Below are positions 38,329-49,307 of a DNA stretch of 64,000 nt, piece by piece (positions within the stretch are counted from its first letter, which is position 1; every line of letters starts with the position of its first letter). The stretch lies in contig CBDFJF010000002.1 in assembly GCA_965248265.1 (NCBI GenBank), forward strand, positions 1,120,001-1,184,000, given 5' to 3'. The stretch comes from Candidatus Latescibacterota bacterium (GTDB lineage: Bacteria > Latescibacterota > UBA2968 > UBA8231). The notes under the pieces were generated by a model that was not told the DNA's origin, searched no databases, and worked only from the letters and a program-made list of their open reading frames with translations. A program made the translations under genes and the position numbers.

Positions 38329-39023
38329 TTCGCAGGCCAGTAGCCCCGCCACTTCATGCCGACGTGGTTGTATTTGTAGAACAGGTTGACCCGATCGCGG
38401 TCACTGTTCCAGGGAGCCGCGCCGTGGGCCAGTGCCTCGGTGAAGATGATGACTGAACCGGCCCTGCATGGCACGGAACGCACCGCCGGGTTGTCGATCC
38501 TGCCGTGCTCGAAGGCCCCCATGCCCTTCGGAATGGGGAAGTGGGCGTTGTGGCTGCCGGGAACGCAGATGAATCCGCCTTCCTCCTCGCTGACGTCGGT
38601 CAGGTTGAAGGCGACGACGCTGTGGCCGGCGAAGACCTGCCCGTTGAAATGCCGATACATGAAATGCGGATCCACGCCGTCGCCGCCGCCATGCAGGGAC
38701 AGGCCACCGAACCCCTTGCGGCGAATGAGTGCATATGCAATTTCCAGCCGCAACTGAGGACCGATGATTCGGGTGAGGACGTCGATGACCGGGGGCAGGT
38801 CGATCAAGTCCGCGAACAGCGGGCCCATGGTGGGCAGGTCGCCGACGCTGATCTCGCCGAGCTCAGGTTCGCGGTGGGAGACTCCGGTGGGCAGTTGGTC
38901 GGACGGCGTGCCCTCGACCTCGTGGAGCGCTTCGATGAGCCGTTCGCAGTGGTCGCGGGACAGCACATCCTCGACGGCGAGATAGCCGGCAACATCAAAC
39001 AGATACAGCTGTTCCTCCGTCAA
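38232..39023 (-). CDS. Phytanoyl-CoA dioxygenase family protein
   Basis: Motifs FDVAGYL, LHGG, CVPGSH and FTEALAHG. TTG start inferred. Confidence 0.85.
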   Translation of the reverse strand: MTEEQLYLFDVAGYLAVEDVLSRDHCERLIEALHEVEGTPSDQLPTGVSHREPELGEISVGDLPTMGPLFADLIDLPPVIDVLTRIIGPQLRLEIAYALIRRKGFGGLSLHGGGDGVDPHFMYRHFNGQVFAGHSVVAFNLTDVSEEEGGFICVPGSHNAHFPIPKGMGAFEHGRIDNPAVRSVPCRAGSVIIFTEALAHGAAPWNSDRDRVNLFYKYNHVGMKWRGYWPAKEALERMTPAQRLFYSEVAADPRRERTVHPGR

Positions 39024-39027
39024 AGTC

Positions 39028-39759
39028 TCAGCCGCCTTTTTTCGCTTCCAGACGGGCCTTGTCGGCGTCGGACAGAAACGGCCTGACCCCCTCAAGGAAT
39101 TCTGCCAGCGTCTCTTCGAGGGTAGAGGTGGTGGTGTCGAGGACCAGCTTGTTCTTGATGAGGCTGGCTTCGAATTCTTCTTCGAAGCGGGCCAGGACGT
39201 ACTCGACATCCTTGTCCTGTACCACGCCCCGGGTGGGCTCTCCGTCCTGCTTGGACAGCTTCTGTCGCGCCACGGTTTCCGCGTCCGGGAAGAAGTTCTC
39301 GGCCATCCGCTCCCTGATGACTTCCGGCGTCGCTTTCATCAAGACCAGGACGGTATTGGGAGCCTGCTGGAGAATCTCTTTCTCCATGTGCCGGGCCATC
39401 TGTGTTCGCTGACCGTCGGGGCTGCGTTTCGGCGAACCACTATCAGGCCCGCCGTAGCCGTAGTAGAGTGGCGCATAAACCGCTTCCTCGATGTGGAGCC
39501 CCATGAGATGATGGTGGGGAGCACTGTAGAAACCCGCTGATATGTGATAGGTGATCATGTAGCGTTGGAGCATCTCTTTGACCTGGGGATCAACGGCCTG
39601 ATAGCTGGCAGCCGCCTCAGCGCTCAATTCGGAAGAGGGAATGGTGAAGTGGTCGTGGAAGTGGCTGCCATCCCCCATGTTCTCTTCGATCCAGTAGACG
39701 ATCTCGGTCGAGAGCGTCGTCTTGCCGGTAAACTCACAACCGATCATGAGTATGTTCAT
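39028..39759 (-). CDS. P-loop kinase-like protein (NMP kinase fold)
   Basis: N-terminal Walker A motif GCEFTGKTT. Confidence 0.65.
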   Translation of the reverse strand: MNILMIGCEFTGKTTLSTEIVYWIEENMGDGSHFHDHFTIPSSELSAEAAASYQAVDPQVKEMLQRYMITYHISAGFYSAPHHHLMGLHIEEAVYAPLYYGYGGPDSGSPKRSPDGQRTQMARHMEKEILQQAPNTVLVLMKATPEVIRERMAENFFPDAETVARQKLSKQDGEPTRGVVQDKDVEYVLARFEEEFEASLIKNKLVLDTTTSTLEETLAEFLEGVRPFLSDADKARLEAKKGG

Positions 39760-39860
39760 ACGTGCCTCGCTCGCTTATGATGAGTGTGACGATAGGTGCA
39801 ATGTAGATCGTGCTTGTTCGTGAGTCACGGTACTACCTGGGACCCCCAGGCGAGGGGGTG

Positions 39861-41027
39861 TCACAGAATGGGCAATGCTGCCGGTGCCGGCGCAGAGAGC
39901 ACCTCGGCACCGCGCTCGGTGACGAGGACATCCTCCTCCAACATGAAGAACGCTCCCTCGGCGAACAGCCCGGGTTCGACCGTCAACACCATCCCTTCTT
40001 CCAGAAGCACATCGCTGTCAGCATCAATAAAAGGTGGTTCGATTATATCCAGCCCCATGGCGTGGCCGATTCCGGTGACGTTGTCGGCGTAGTCGGCGTG
40101 ACCCTGCTGTCGCAATACAGCATTCGAGGCGCGGACCAGATCGGCGATCGGCGTGCCTGGCCTGGTGACCTTGATGGCCGCCTGCAGGCAATCGTAGGTG
40201 ACACGGTAAAGCTGTGCGTGTGCGCTGCTGGCGCTTTCCAGCGCGAACATGCGGGTATAGTCGGACCAGTAACCGCGGTACACACCGCCGGCATCCTGGG
40301 TGATGAGTTCACCGGAGGTCAGCACGCGGTCGGTCGGGCGTCTCAGGGTCTGGTCCGAAATCCGCTGGGAACCGGGAATACACGGCGACATCGAAATGGA
40401 ACCGGGCAGTTCAGCACCACGGTTGAGGTGTTCGATCGCCAGAAACTGATAGACCTCCCGTTCGGTCATGCCCGGCTTTATGGCCGCGAAGAGCGCTTCG
40501 TAGACCTCGTCGGTGATAGCCACGGCCGCACGGACACGGTCCACCTCGGCCTTCGATTTGCGAGCCCGCAGCTGCCACATCATCGGCGAGGCGTCGACGA
40601 AGTCGATGCCGGGAAGGTTACTTTGCAGCTGGCGCAAATCCTGGTAGGGCATGCGCATCCAGTCCATGCCGCCCAGCTCCGTACCGATGCGTCCTCGCGC
40701 CAACCCCAGTTCGCGCACCGCCTGCGCTATGGCGTCAACACCCTGCAGGGTGTGAGATGGAGGGAAGGAGCGAACGGTTTCGATCCAGGAGTCCTCTGCG
40801 CACATCGAGGCCTCCATGGGCGTGACGATGAGGACCGCCTCACCCTCCAGTGGAAGGAGGGCAAAGATGCCCGTGTACTTGTGACTCCATCGATGCGTGA
40901 CATGGCCGGTGAAGTAGCGGTGGTTGGATTCGGTGGTGAGTAGTACGGCATCGACGTCCCGTGCTTTCATGAGGGCCCGCAGGCCCGCAAGCCGGCGCTG
41001 GTACTCCTCTGCCGCGAATTCATTCAT
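39861..41027 (-). CDS. Xaa-Pro peptidase family (M24)
   Basis: Motifs KSKAE, YWSDYTR, GHAMG, VEPG and EEDVLVT. Confidence 0.9.
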   Translation of the reverse strand: MNEFAAEEYQRRLAGLRALMKARDVDAVLLTTESNHRYFTGHVTHRWSHKYTGIFALLPLEGEAVLIVTPMEASMCAEDSWIETVRSFPPSHTLQGVDAIAQAVRELGLARGRIGTELGGMDWMRMPYQDLRQLQSNLPGIDFVDASPMMWQLRARKSKAEVDRVRAAVAITDEVYEALFAAIKPGMTEREVYQFLAIEHLNRGAELPGSISMSPCIPGSQRISDQTLRRPTDRVLTSGELITQDAGGVYRGYWSDYTRMFALESASSAHAQLYRVTYDCLQAAIKVTRPGTPIADLVRASNAVLRQQGHADYADNVTGIGHAMGLDIIEPPFIDADSDVLLEEGMVLTVEPGLFAEGAFFMLEEDVLVTERGAEVLSAPAPAALPIL

Positions 41028-41140
41028 CCAGATGATCCTTCGGAATTGCTATCACTGAGGATGTGGGGAAATTGAGGCGCGCTCTCGATGTCTGCCCAAG
41101 TTTCTGTCACGGTCGGCTCGGTAGCAAGGCGCGGCTCTGT

Positions 41141-41177
41141 CCTCATTCATTGGCCTCATTCATTGGCCTCACTCATT
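41141..41177. repeat. Short tandem repeat, 13-bp unit CCTCATTCATTGG x ~2.8, intergenic
   Basis: Read directly from the sequence. Confidence 0.7.
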
Positions 41178-41277
41178 CGCTTGACACTGACAGCGGTGCT
41201 CTTGAGGTTCCTGCGCAAATTGAGCTTGACCGAAGCAGCAACGGACCTGCCAGATTCATGGCAATAGAGGAAAAGAG

Positions 41278-42111
41278 ATGAACGAAGTTGAGTTGTATGA
41301 GTTTGATCGGCAGGGCTTCATCGTCATCCCCGGACTGCTGACACCGGACGAAGTGGCCTCGCTGTCGGCGGCCATCGATGTGCTGGAAGAACACGCCCTG
41401 AAACATGTCGATGAACCACCGCGCAAGAAGAGTGGCTGGGGAAGTGAGTACCACCAAAACCAGGAAAAGGGGTATCACGCCAGGGGCTCGAACGACGAGG
41501 GCGCCACCCTCATAATCGAGGATTACTGGAACTCCGATCCGGTATTTGATGTGTTGCTCCAGCACGAGGCTACAATGGGGTACGTCGACGCGGTGATTCA
41601 GGGGCGTTCGACGATCAACAACTCCGAGATCCGCATTCGCTATCGCGACAATCAGAGCGGCAATCACGGAGGTGGGGTGCGCGAGGCGAATGCCAAGTAC
41701 CGCTACAACTTCAACAGCCACGGCATCGATTGCATGATGGTGCGTATGGTCTACTTCGTGCACGACGTGAACGACGAACAGGGTTCCTTCTGCGTTGTGC
41801 CGGGCACCCACAAGGGCCATGTGGCGTGTCCCTACGGCACTGATCCGGATATCGAACCGGGGGTTGTGGGTCTGGAGGTGAAGGCGGGAGACGGCGTCTT
41901 TTTCACGGAAAGCCTGCGTCACGGGGGCCTGACCAATCGCACCGATCAGGTGCGCAAGACGCTGCACGTGGGGTACGGGCCGCATTTCATGATGTCGCAG
42001 AACACGGCTACCGTGGACGAGCTGCCTTATATCACGGATGAGACCAGAAGGCGCCTGACGGCAGAGCAATTCGCCTTGTTCCGGCCTTATCCGGCTGTCG
42101 CACAGAGCTGA
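41278..42111 (+). CDS. Phytanoyl-CoA dioxygenase family protein
   Basis: Motifs FDRQGF, NHGG, VVPGTH and FTESLRHG. Confidence 0.85.
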   Translation: MNEVELYEFDRQGFIVIPGLLTPDEVASLSAAIDVLEEHALKHVDEPPRKKSGWGSEYHQNQEKGYHARGSNDEGATLIIEDYWNSDPVFDVLLQHEATMGYVDAVIQGRSTINNSEIRIRYRDNQSGNHGGGVREANAKYRYNFNSHGIDCMMVRMVYFVHDVNDEQGSFCVVPGTHKGHVACPYGTDPDIEPGVVGLEVKAGDGVFFTESLRHGGLTNRTDQVRKTLHVGYGPHFMMSQNTATVDELPYITDETRRRLTAEQFALFRPYPAVAQS

Positions 42112-42986
42112 TGAAACTGGTTACCTACAACATCCACTTCGGGTTGGGGAAGGACGACCGCTACGACCTTCCCCGAATCGCTGATGAGGTACGCGGGGCG
42201 GATGTGATCAGCTTACAGGAAGTAGAGCGCAACTGGCGGCGCTCCGGCATGACCGATCAGGTGGCGGAGCTGGCCACCCTGTTGCCGGATTACTACTGGA
42301 TCTACGGCGCCGCGCTGGATGTGGATGCCAGCACCACCGAGCCGGATGGGCACATCATCAATCGCCGCCGGCAATTCGGCAACATGATCCTGTCCCGCTA
42401 CCCCATACTCAGCAGCCGCAACCACCTCTTGCCCAAGTGGGGTACGGTAGGGCAATTCAGCCTGCAGCGCAGTGCGCTGGAGGGCGTGGTGGCGCTGGCT
42501 TCGGGCCCCGTCAAGTTCTACACCGTTCACCTGCACCACATCGCCTCCAGCCTGCGCATGGAGCAGATGGAGGCCCTGCTGGAGGTAATCGATCAGGCCC
42601 CCAGATCCGGAGGGGTGTGGTGCGGCGGGCAAGTCGATCCGGCGAAAGGTTGGACGGACGAGCCGGCTCCACCCATGCCCCGAGAGACCATCATCCTGGG
42701 TGATTTGAACTTCACCAGCGACGCGGCCGAATACGAACGGACGATTGGTCCGTACGACGCCAAGCAGGGGCGGCTCGTAAACGTGGAAGGTCTGGCCGAT
42801 GCCTGGGTCGCTGCCGGGCACGAGGAGACGGATGGAGGGACCGTCTTCTCTGCGGATGGGCAGGGTAAACGGCTGGACTATTGTTTGTTGAGCGCGTGGC
42901 TGGCTCCCTCGGTTCGGGCGGCGCACGTGGATATGGAGGCGCAAGGCTCCAACCATCAACCACTGCACATAGAGATCGATCTGTAG
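42111..42986 (+). CDS. Endonuclease/exonuclease/phosphatase family protein
   Basis: Motifs TYNIH, LQEV, GDLN, RLDY and SNH. Confidence 0.85.
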   Translation: MKLVTYNIHFGLGKDDRYDLPRIADEVRGADVISLQEVERNWRRSGMTDQVAELATLLPDYYWIYGAALDVDASTTEPDGHIINRRRQFGNMILSRYPILSSRNHLLPKWGTVGQFSLQRSALEGVVALASGPVKFYTVHLHHIASSLRMEQMEALLEVIDQAPRSGGVWCGGQVDPAKGWTDEPAPPMPRETIILGDLNFTSDAAEYERTIGPYDAKQGRLVNVEGLADAWVAAGHEETDGGTVFSADGQGKRLDYCLLSAWLAPSVRAAHVDMEAQGSNHQPLHIEIDL

Positions 42987-43002
42987 AGGAGGATGGAAAC
43001 TG

Positions 43003-44625
43003 ATGGACGCGCAGAGAAGAGCAGCGAGGTGGCGCACACGGCGCATCGTGTACAACAACGACGGCGACGATGTGCGGGAACCGCAGAACGATCGCGAGTA
43101 CACCTGGCATTTTATGAACCGCACCGGGGGTGAGTTGAGAGAGGATTTTCTCGACGCGCGCAGCAAGCCGCTGTTGGGAACGCAGGTGGACAGCCTGTGG
43201 TACTCCACCTGTTATAACGGCCTCACCTTTTCCCATCTCACCCAGCTTGGCGATTTCCTCGGAACCGGCGTTTCCCAGGAACTCGTCGATGTGTACGGGC
43301 GCGACAACCTCCAGATTCAGACGGACTACTGCCACGAAAACGGACTAGAATCATTCTGGTCCCTGCGCATGAACGACGCCCACGACTCCATGCCCGAGGG
43401 CAGGCGTACCGGTTTCCACCAACTGGCCCCCTTCAAGCGGGACAATCCCCACTTCATGATGGGGCAACCCGAGGACTTTGAGAAATATCCTTCCCCAAAA
43501 AAACAGTGGACGACTCTCGATTTCACCTTTCCAGAGGTTCGGGAGCACGTGTTCTCGTTGGTTGAGGAAGTCTGCCAGGGGTACGACGTCGACGGCGTGG
43601 AACTGGACTTCTATCGAGCTCCCATATTCTTTCCACCCACTATGGAAGGACGTCCGGTAGATCCGCAGCACGTGGAGATGATGACGGACCTGGTGCGGCG
43701 CATCCGGATAGCTGCTGACAAGGCGGGCAAGCAGAGGGGGCGACCACTATTGCTGGCCGTACGGGTACCGCTGTCAGTGGAGAATGGGCGCTTCATCGGC
43801 CTTGATGTGCCAACATGGCTGGCGGATGATCTAGTCGATCTGCTGGTCGCAGGTGACAACCCCAATCCGACATTGACCGAGTCGTTCGAGGAGATCATGG
43901 ATCTGGGCCACGGTCACGATCTTCCCGTCTACATCTGCATTCCGTGGTTGTTCTGGCACTACTGGGCTTTCCTGGATATGGGCGCGCACGAACACCGGAC
44001 CTACGATTCGTGGGTACAGACGCTGTATTACGGAGATCCGAAAGACGTACACAAGCCGTGTTATCTGGATGTCTGGAATTCGTGGAACGGAACGGCGGCA
44101 AGCCTGCGTGGTGCGGCAACGAATTTGTGGAACGCAGGCGCCGACGGTATCTATGTCTTCAACGCATTCTGCGGCCCTCGGACTGACGTGTGGCAGGAAC
44201 TTGGAGACCCCGAATTGCTGGTCGATCAAGATAAGGTGTATGGCGTGGATCGGTTCGCTGGCGATCCCGGCCCCGAAGGAGCGGTGCGGGCAGTGGAATT
44301 GGGCCACGGAGAGACGGTTGTGGCACCCTTTCAGGTGGGTGAGGATCTGACGTCGGGAAAGATTCCCCGGCTGAGATTCCGTCTGCATCTGTGGGACGTA
44401 GGTGGGGACGACGAGATATGCGTCCGACTCAACGATGAACAACTGGAGGGTCTCCAGACCGCCGGCTCGACCAACACCAAGGGAAGTCACTGGCTGGAAT
44501 GCCAGCTGGATCCAGCCCGGGTGAAGCGGGGGGAGAACCGGGTGGAGGTATCAGTGAAGCAGCGAGACGCATCAATGCAGACTCCGCTCATCGTCGACGC
44601 GGTTCAACTGCACGTTCACTACTAA
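43003..44625 (+). CDS. Putative TIM-barrel glycoside hydrolase (GHL10-like)
   Basis: Motifs YNNDG, SLRMNDAH, LDFTFPEVR, YDVDGVELDF and GADGIYVFN. Confidence 0.7.
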   Translation: MDAQRRAARWRTRRIVYNNDGDDVREPQNDREYTWHFMNRTGGELREDFLDARSKPLLGTQVDSLWYSTCYNGLTFSHLTQLGDFLGTGVSQELVDVYGRDNLQIQTDYCHENGLESFWSLRMNDAHDSMPEGRRTGFHQLAPFKRDNPHFMMGQPEDFEKYPSPKKQWTTLDFTFPEVREHVFSLVEEVCQGYDVDGVELDFYRAPIFFPPTMEGRPVDPQHVEMMTDLVRRIRIAADKAGKQRGRPLLLAVRVPLSVENGRFIGLDVPTWLADDLVDLLVAGDNPNPTLTESFEEIMDLGHGHDLPVYICIPWLFWHYWAFLDMGAHEHRTYDSWVQTLYYGDPKDVHKPCYLDVWNSWNGTAASLRGAATNLWNAGADGIYVFNAFCGPRTDVWQELGDPELLVDQDKVYGVDRFAGDPGPEGAVRAVELGHGETVVAPFQVGEDLTSGKIPRLRFRLHLWDVGGDDEICVRLNDEQLEGLQTAGSTNTKGSHWLECQLDPARVKRGENRVEVSVKQRDASMQTPLIVDAVQLHVHY

Positions 44626-44642
44626 TAGTTAGTGGGCAAAAC

Positions 44643-45527
44643 ATGACGCCAGGCGGTAGAATCAACCGAGTCGTCGAACTCCTCGCCGCGGATCAACCCA
44701 TCTACTACACCGGGGCCCACGCAGGGCACGTGCTGACACACGAGCAGGGGGTGGAGGACGCCGCCACCTGGGCCGACTACATCAACGTCGGCATGGAACA
44801 CGGATCGTTCGATATGACCGGTCTTGACCAGTACCTGGCAGGACTCGTCGCCGGTGGGCCGACCCGCAGTGGCCATCGCACTCCCGCCGTGATCGTAGAG
44901 GCCCCGGTGGAGGGGGTGTCCGAGGAGATGGTGCGGTTCAATGCCTGGCAATTCCGGCAGATTCTGGCACGGGGGGTTCATGGCATTCTGTTGTGCCAGG
45001 CAGAGTCAGCGGCTGCGGTGCGGGCTTTTGTCGAGTCATGCCGATATCCAGTCAATCAGATCGGTGTCGGAGAGGGGTTGGGCATCGGCCGGCGTGGCGT
45101 GGGATCGGAACCGGTGTGCGCTGCTGTGTGGGGGGTGGGTGACTCCTACATCGCCAGGGCCGATCCCTGGCCTCTCAACAAGGATGGTGAGTTGCTGCTT
45201 GGCGTCAAAATCGAATCCGTCGACTCCCTGCCCCACATTGAAGAGATTCTGGCCGTGCCGGGCATCGGCTTTGCCGAGATGGGGCCCGGAGATCTGGGTA
45301 TGTCACTGAGATCTCAGAAACTCGTGCAACCGTGGCAGGAGTTGATGCAGGAAACACATGAACGGGTCAAAGCGGGATGCGTGCAACACGGAATTGCCTT
45401 TCTCGAAGGCGCTACGCCGGAGACGATTGTCGAAAAGATCGACGGAGGGGCGCGCGTTATCGCCGGAGGAAACGAGGAGACCGCACGGGTGGGACGGTTG
45501 CACAGCGGCCGTCAGATGCCAGCGTAG
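44643..45527 (+). CDS. HpcH/HpaI aldolase/citrate lyase family protein
   Basis: Motifs MEHG, GVKIES and GPGDLGMS. Confidence 0.8.
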   Translation: MTPGGRINRVVELLAADQPIYYTGAHAGHVLTHEQGVEDAATWADYINVGMEHGSFDMTGLDQYLAGLVAGGPTRSGHRTPAVIVEAPVEGVSEEMVRFNAWQFRQILARGVHGILLCQAESAAAVRAFVESCRYPVNQIGVGEGLGIGRRGVGSEPVCAAVWGVGDSYIARADPWPLNKDGELLLGVKIESVDSLPHIEEILAVPGIGFAEMGPGDLGMSLRSQKLVQPWQELMQETHERVKAGCVQHGIAFLEGATPETIVEKIDGGARVIAGGNEETARVGRLHSGRQMPA

Positions 45528-45560
45528 CGGTAGATAGAATCTCACAGTAAGGGGGAAGAG

Positions 45561-47207
45561 ATGGGCAACCAAACAGTTCAAGTTCTCAATCCGATGGGGC
45601 ATCCGCCGAAGATCGGTCAGCTCGGTATGGCTCCGCGGCCCGATTCGCTCGAAGGTCGAACCGTCTATCTGGTCGATTGCCGTTTCGACGACGGCGATAT
45701 CCTCATGCGTCAGATGGGGGAGTGGTTCGCAGAGCACCGTCCCGGCACCAAGGTGGAAGTACGTCGCAAGTCGAACGTCTACTTGGAACGCGACGACGCA
45801 CTGTACGAGGAGATCAAGCAGGAAGGAGATGCGGCCGTCATCGGCGTCGGCCACTGAAGCACGTGCGCGCCGGCGGTCGCCGACCAGTGCATTACCATTG
45901 AGACCGAATACGGAGTGCCGACAGCCTCCGTCCAGACCGACATCTTCGAACCCCTCGCCCGGGCCCAGGCCGTATCGCGGGGGATGCCAAAACAGCGATT
46001 CGTCTTCGTCCCTCAGCCAGTGATGGGCAAGTCACCGGCACAGCTGCGGGCTTATGTCGACGGACCCGATCCCATCACCGGCCGTCCGTTCATGACGGAA
46101 GTAATCGAGGCGCTGACGCGCCCATCTGGCGACGAAGAGACTGAGGTCACCACCTTTGATCGATCCACACCCCGTTTCTGCGAGCCGGACTCCGAAGAGA
46201 ACCTTCATGAGCTCTTCCTCCAGCAAAACTGGACGGACAAGCTGCCCGTCGTCCTGCCCACGGAGGCACGGGTGGAAGCCATGCTCAGGGCGACGAGTCG
46301 GGATCCTGATCAAGTGGTAGGACAAATGCGGCCGACGGCCCCGCGGGAGGCGTGGGAATACACGGTCGAGAAGGTCGCCGTCAACGCAGTGATGGCCGGT
46401 GCAAAGCCCAAGTACTTTCCAGTCATCCTGGCTCTGGCTTCGACGCAGGTCACCGCTCGTGCGAGCACGACGAGCTCCGCGGCGGCGATGGCCGTCGTCA
46501 ACGGTCCCATCCGTGAAGAGATCGGCATGAACTCGGGCGTCGGCGCCATGGGGCCTCACAACCACGCCAACGCCACGATTGGGCGCGCATACGGGCTGCT
46601 GTCTCAGAACGGCCAAGGGGGGTCACTCCCGTTGCACACCTACCTCGGCTCTCAAGGCAACAACTATGCCTACAACAGTCTCTGCTGCGCCGAAAACGAA
46701 GAGCGCAGTCCGTGGGATCCGCTCCACGTTCAGCACGGTTTTGAGGAGGAAGACAGCACCGTCAGTGTGTTCGGAGGCTGTCAATCCACTGCCTTCACGC
46801 TCGGCCTTCGGGAAAAGCACTGGCAGGCCCATGTCGTCCAGATGCTGCGCGGCATGGACCCATTTATGAAACCCACCTTCGTCCTCGACCCGATTACGGC
46901 CAATCAGTTCGTCGACCGCGGCGGGTTCGACACCGTAGAGAAGCTGAAAGGTTGGGTTCACGAGAATGCCACGATGGAGGCCGGCGTCTACTGGGACTAC
47001 CAGTTGATCGAGAACTACATCGAGCCACGGGCACTGGCCGGCATCGAGCCCTACGCCACGATGCTGCAGGCCAAGGACGACGAACTCATACGCATGTGGC
47101 CGAAAGACAGGATCAACGTCGTCGTCGTTGGAGGCGAAACGAATGGCTACTGGCGCATCTTCGGTGCCAGCCACGCGAAGACCGTGTCCGTCGACGAATG
47201 GCGGTGA
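45561..47207 (+). CDS. UGSC-family selenoprotein (Sec at TGA 45855-45857)
   Basis: The two predicted ORFs are in the same frame and read ...IGVGH-U-STC-APAV... (UxxC). A GGTC-loop hairpin starts about 11-13 nt after the TGA. Confidence 0.8.
45858..45890 (+). promoter_or_regulatory. Candidate bacterial SECIS element
   Basis: GCAC...CGGC-GGTC-GCCG...GTGC stem-loop just after the in-frame TGA. Confidence 0.5.
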
Positions 47208-47339
47208 GTCTCGATGCCGAGGGGACCCCGACCGTCAATTTTCTGGGTGGAGTTGATCGCCGAGGACCGAAAACCAACAGGCTAGACCTCATCGCGAGAC
47301 TATCATTGAATCGAATTCAGGAGACAGGCAGGATCACCG

Positions 47340-48308
47340 ATGAAGAATATTGAGCTGAGCCGATGCGGGCGCGTCGCCGTCGAGACCTGCATGGCTGTCA
47401 AATCGGGAGAGCAAGTGCTCGTCGTCGCCGATACGATGGCTGACTCCAGCGTCACCGACGCCCTGCACGGCGCGGCGCGAGCGGCAGGAGCCGAGGCCAT
47501 GGCCCTGGTCTTCCCGGCGCGTCCTCGCGGCGGCATGGAGCCACCAGATGCCGTGGCGGAAGCGATGAAGTCCGCCGATGCCGCTTTCCTCCATACCTCG
47601 GCGTCGCTGACACACAGTAAGGCACGGATCAGCGCACAGGCAGCCGGCACCCGCGTCATCTCCATGCCAGGGGTCAGCGAGGAGGGATTTCTGCGCACGC
47701 TGTCGGCGGACATGATGCCGCTGGCCGAGCTGACGCAACGCCTTGGAGCCCTTCTGGATCACGGCCGTTCGGTACGGATCACCTCCGACCTGGGTACGGA
47801 TCTGACCCTCGAACTCGGCAATCCGACTCTCGTCCTCGACGGACTGTGCCACACCGATGGCGACCTCGATACCTTTCCGCCCGGGCTTGCACTCAGCGTG
47901 CCGCCCGTAGGGACCGTGAACGGGCGGGCGGTCGTCGATGGCTCGGTCACCAGTATCGGCCGTCTGGCAACGCCGATCACGATGATCTTCGAGGGGGGGC
48001 GCGCCGTGCGCCTGGAGGGGGGGCCGGAGGCCGACCGCCTCGATCAGCTACTGTCGCAGTTCGATGACCCGGGGGCCTATGAGTTCGCGGCCTGGGGCAT
48101 GGGAACCAACCCGGGTGCTCGCCTGCTTGGAGATGAACCGAGCTTCGAAGGGGAGCGTCTCTTCGGCTGGGCTCATGTCAGCACGGGAAGTAATGTGGCT
48201 CTGCCGGGCGGGACGGTGCAGGCGCCCATCCATCTGGATGGGATCCTGGCTATGCCAGAGGTCGAAGTGGACGGAGAGGTCGTCATGTGCAAGGGACGCT
48301 TCGTTTGA
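47340..48308 (+). CDS. Leucyl aminopeptidase / M29-like metallopeptidase family protein
   Basis: Motifs GEQVLVVAD, GTDLTL, GMGTNP and HLDG. Confidence 0.7.
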   Translation: MKNIELSRCGRVAVETCMAVKSGEQVLVVADTMADSSVTDALHGAARAAGAEAMALVFPARPRGGMEPPDAVAEAMKSADAAFLHTSASLTHSKARISAQAAGTRVISMPGVSEEGFLRTLSADMMPLAELTQRLGALLDHGRSVRITSDLGTDLTLELGNPTLVLDGLCHTDGDLDTFPPGLALSVPPVGTVNGRAVVDGSVTSIGRLATPITMIFEGGRAVRLEGGPEADRLDQLLSQFDDPGAYEFAAWGMGTNPGARLLGDEPSFEGERLFGWAHVSTGSNVALPGGTVQAPIHLDGILAMPEVEVDGEVVMCKGRFV

Positions 48309-48353
48309 AATATTCCTGACGGACGCGGGACACGGTGCGTGATTCGGTCCGCG

Positions 48354-49298
48354 TTACGAGATCTCCTGCAACTGTTTCAGGACGTACTGCGGCAATGCGT
48401 CCAGATTAGAAGTCGCTAGCCCATCGTCAATCTGGGCTTGCGTCATCATTCCGGGAACGACGCAGCTCAGGGCAGGGTGCGCGAGGATGAATTTGAGAGC
48501 GGCCTGAGGTAAGGTGCTGGTGGCGTCACCGACAATTGCTCTGATGTCGTCTACCTTTCCCAGGTCTTCGAGGAACTGTTCCCGGGGCCAGGTGTTGCGA
48601 TAGTCGTTTTCGGCGAACAAGGTTGCTGGTGTCAGATGCCCCGACAGCAGCCCCGAGGCAAGGGGTTGGCGACCAACAACGGCAATTCCCTCGGCCTGCG
48701 CTGCCGGCAGCACCTCTTCAGCCATCGATTGATCGAACATGTTATACGTCAGCAGCATCATGGAAATGCCGGTTTCCCGCATGGCTTTCAGTGCATGCTC
48801 GGCCGTCCAGGGACAGACGCCATAGAAACCAACCTTCCCCTCGGCCGTCAGTTGCTCCATGGTCTCGAAGGCATCGTCCCACTGGTCATCAGACGGCATC
48901 GAATGGAACTGGCAGATGTCCAGTCGTTCTCGACCCAAGCGTCGCAGACTATCTTCTACAGCTCTGCGAACGTAGACCGGAGAAGGGTCAAATTGTGGGC
49001 GCCTGCCACCGCTGCTGAGCCAGCCGTCGGAGTCAATCTCGAAACCGACCTTTGTGGCGATGACGATATCATCATCGTGCACGTCGGAGAACGCCTGACC
49101 GAGCAACTCCTCGACACGACCTCTGCCGTATTGATCGGCGGTATCGTAGAACGTGACTCCTCGCTCACGGGCATAGCGGAGTAGACTGATCGCTTCTTCC
49201 TCGCCGACGTCACCCCACTCCCGGCCGCCTAGCTCCCACGTCCCCATGCCGATCTCGGAGACCGTCAATCCGGTCGTTCCCAATGGATTGTATCGCAT
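48354..49298 (-). CDS. Aldo/keto reductase
   Basis: Motifs GMGTW, YDTADQYG, IATK and PLASGLL. Confidence 0.9.
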   Translation of the reverse strand: MRYNPLGTTGLTVSEIGMGTWELGGREWGDVGEEEAISLLRYARERGVTFYDTADQYGRGRVEELLGQAFSDVHDDDIVIATKVGFEIDSDGWLSSGGRRPQFDPSPVYVRRAVEDSLRRLGRERLDICQFHSMPSDDQWDDAFETMEQLTAEGKVGFYGVCPWTAEHALKAMRETGISMMLLTYNMFDQSMAEEVLPAAQAEGIAVVGRQPLASGLLSGHLTPATLFAENDYRNTWPREQFLEDLGKVDDIRAIVGDATSTLPQAALKFILAHPALSCVVPGMMTQAQIDDGLATSNLDALPQYVLKQLQEIS

Positions 49299-49307
49299 TA
49301 ACGGTCG

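Noticed and set aside
41141-41177. 13-bp tandem repeat as a mini-CRISPR or iteron set
   Set aside because: There are under three units, no spacers and no rep gene nearby. Likely slippage or a regulator site.
45561-45914. Nonsense pseudogene or two separate genes
   Set aside because: The UxxC context, continuous frame and SECIS-like hairpin favour Sec read-through.
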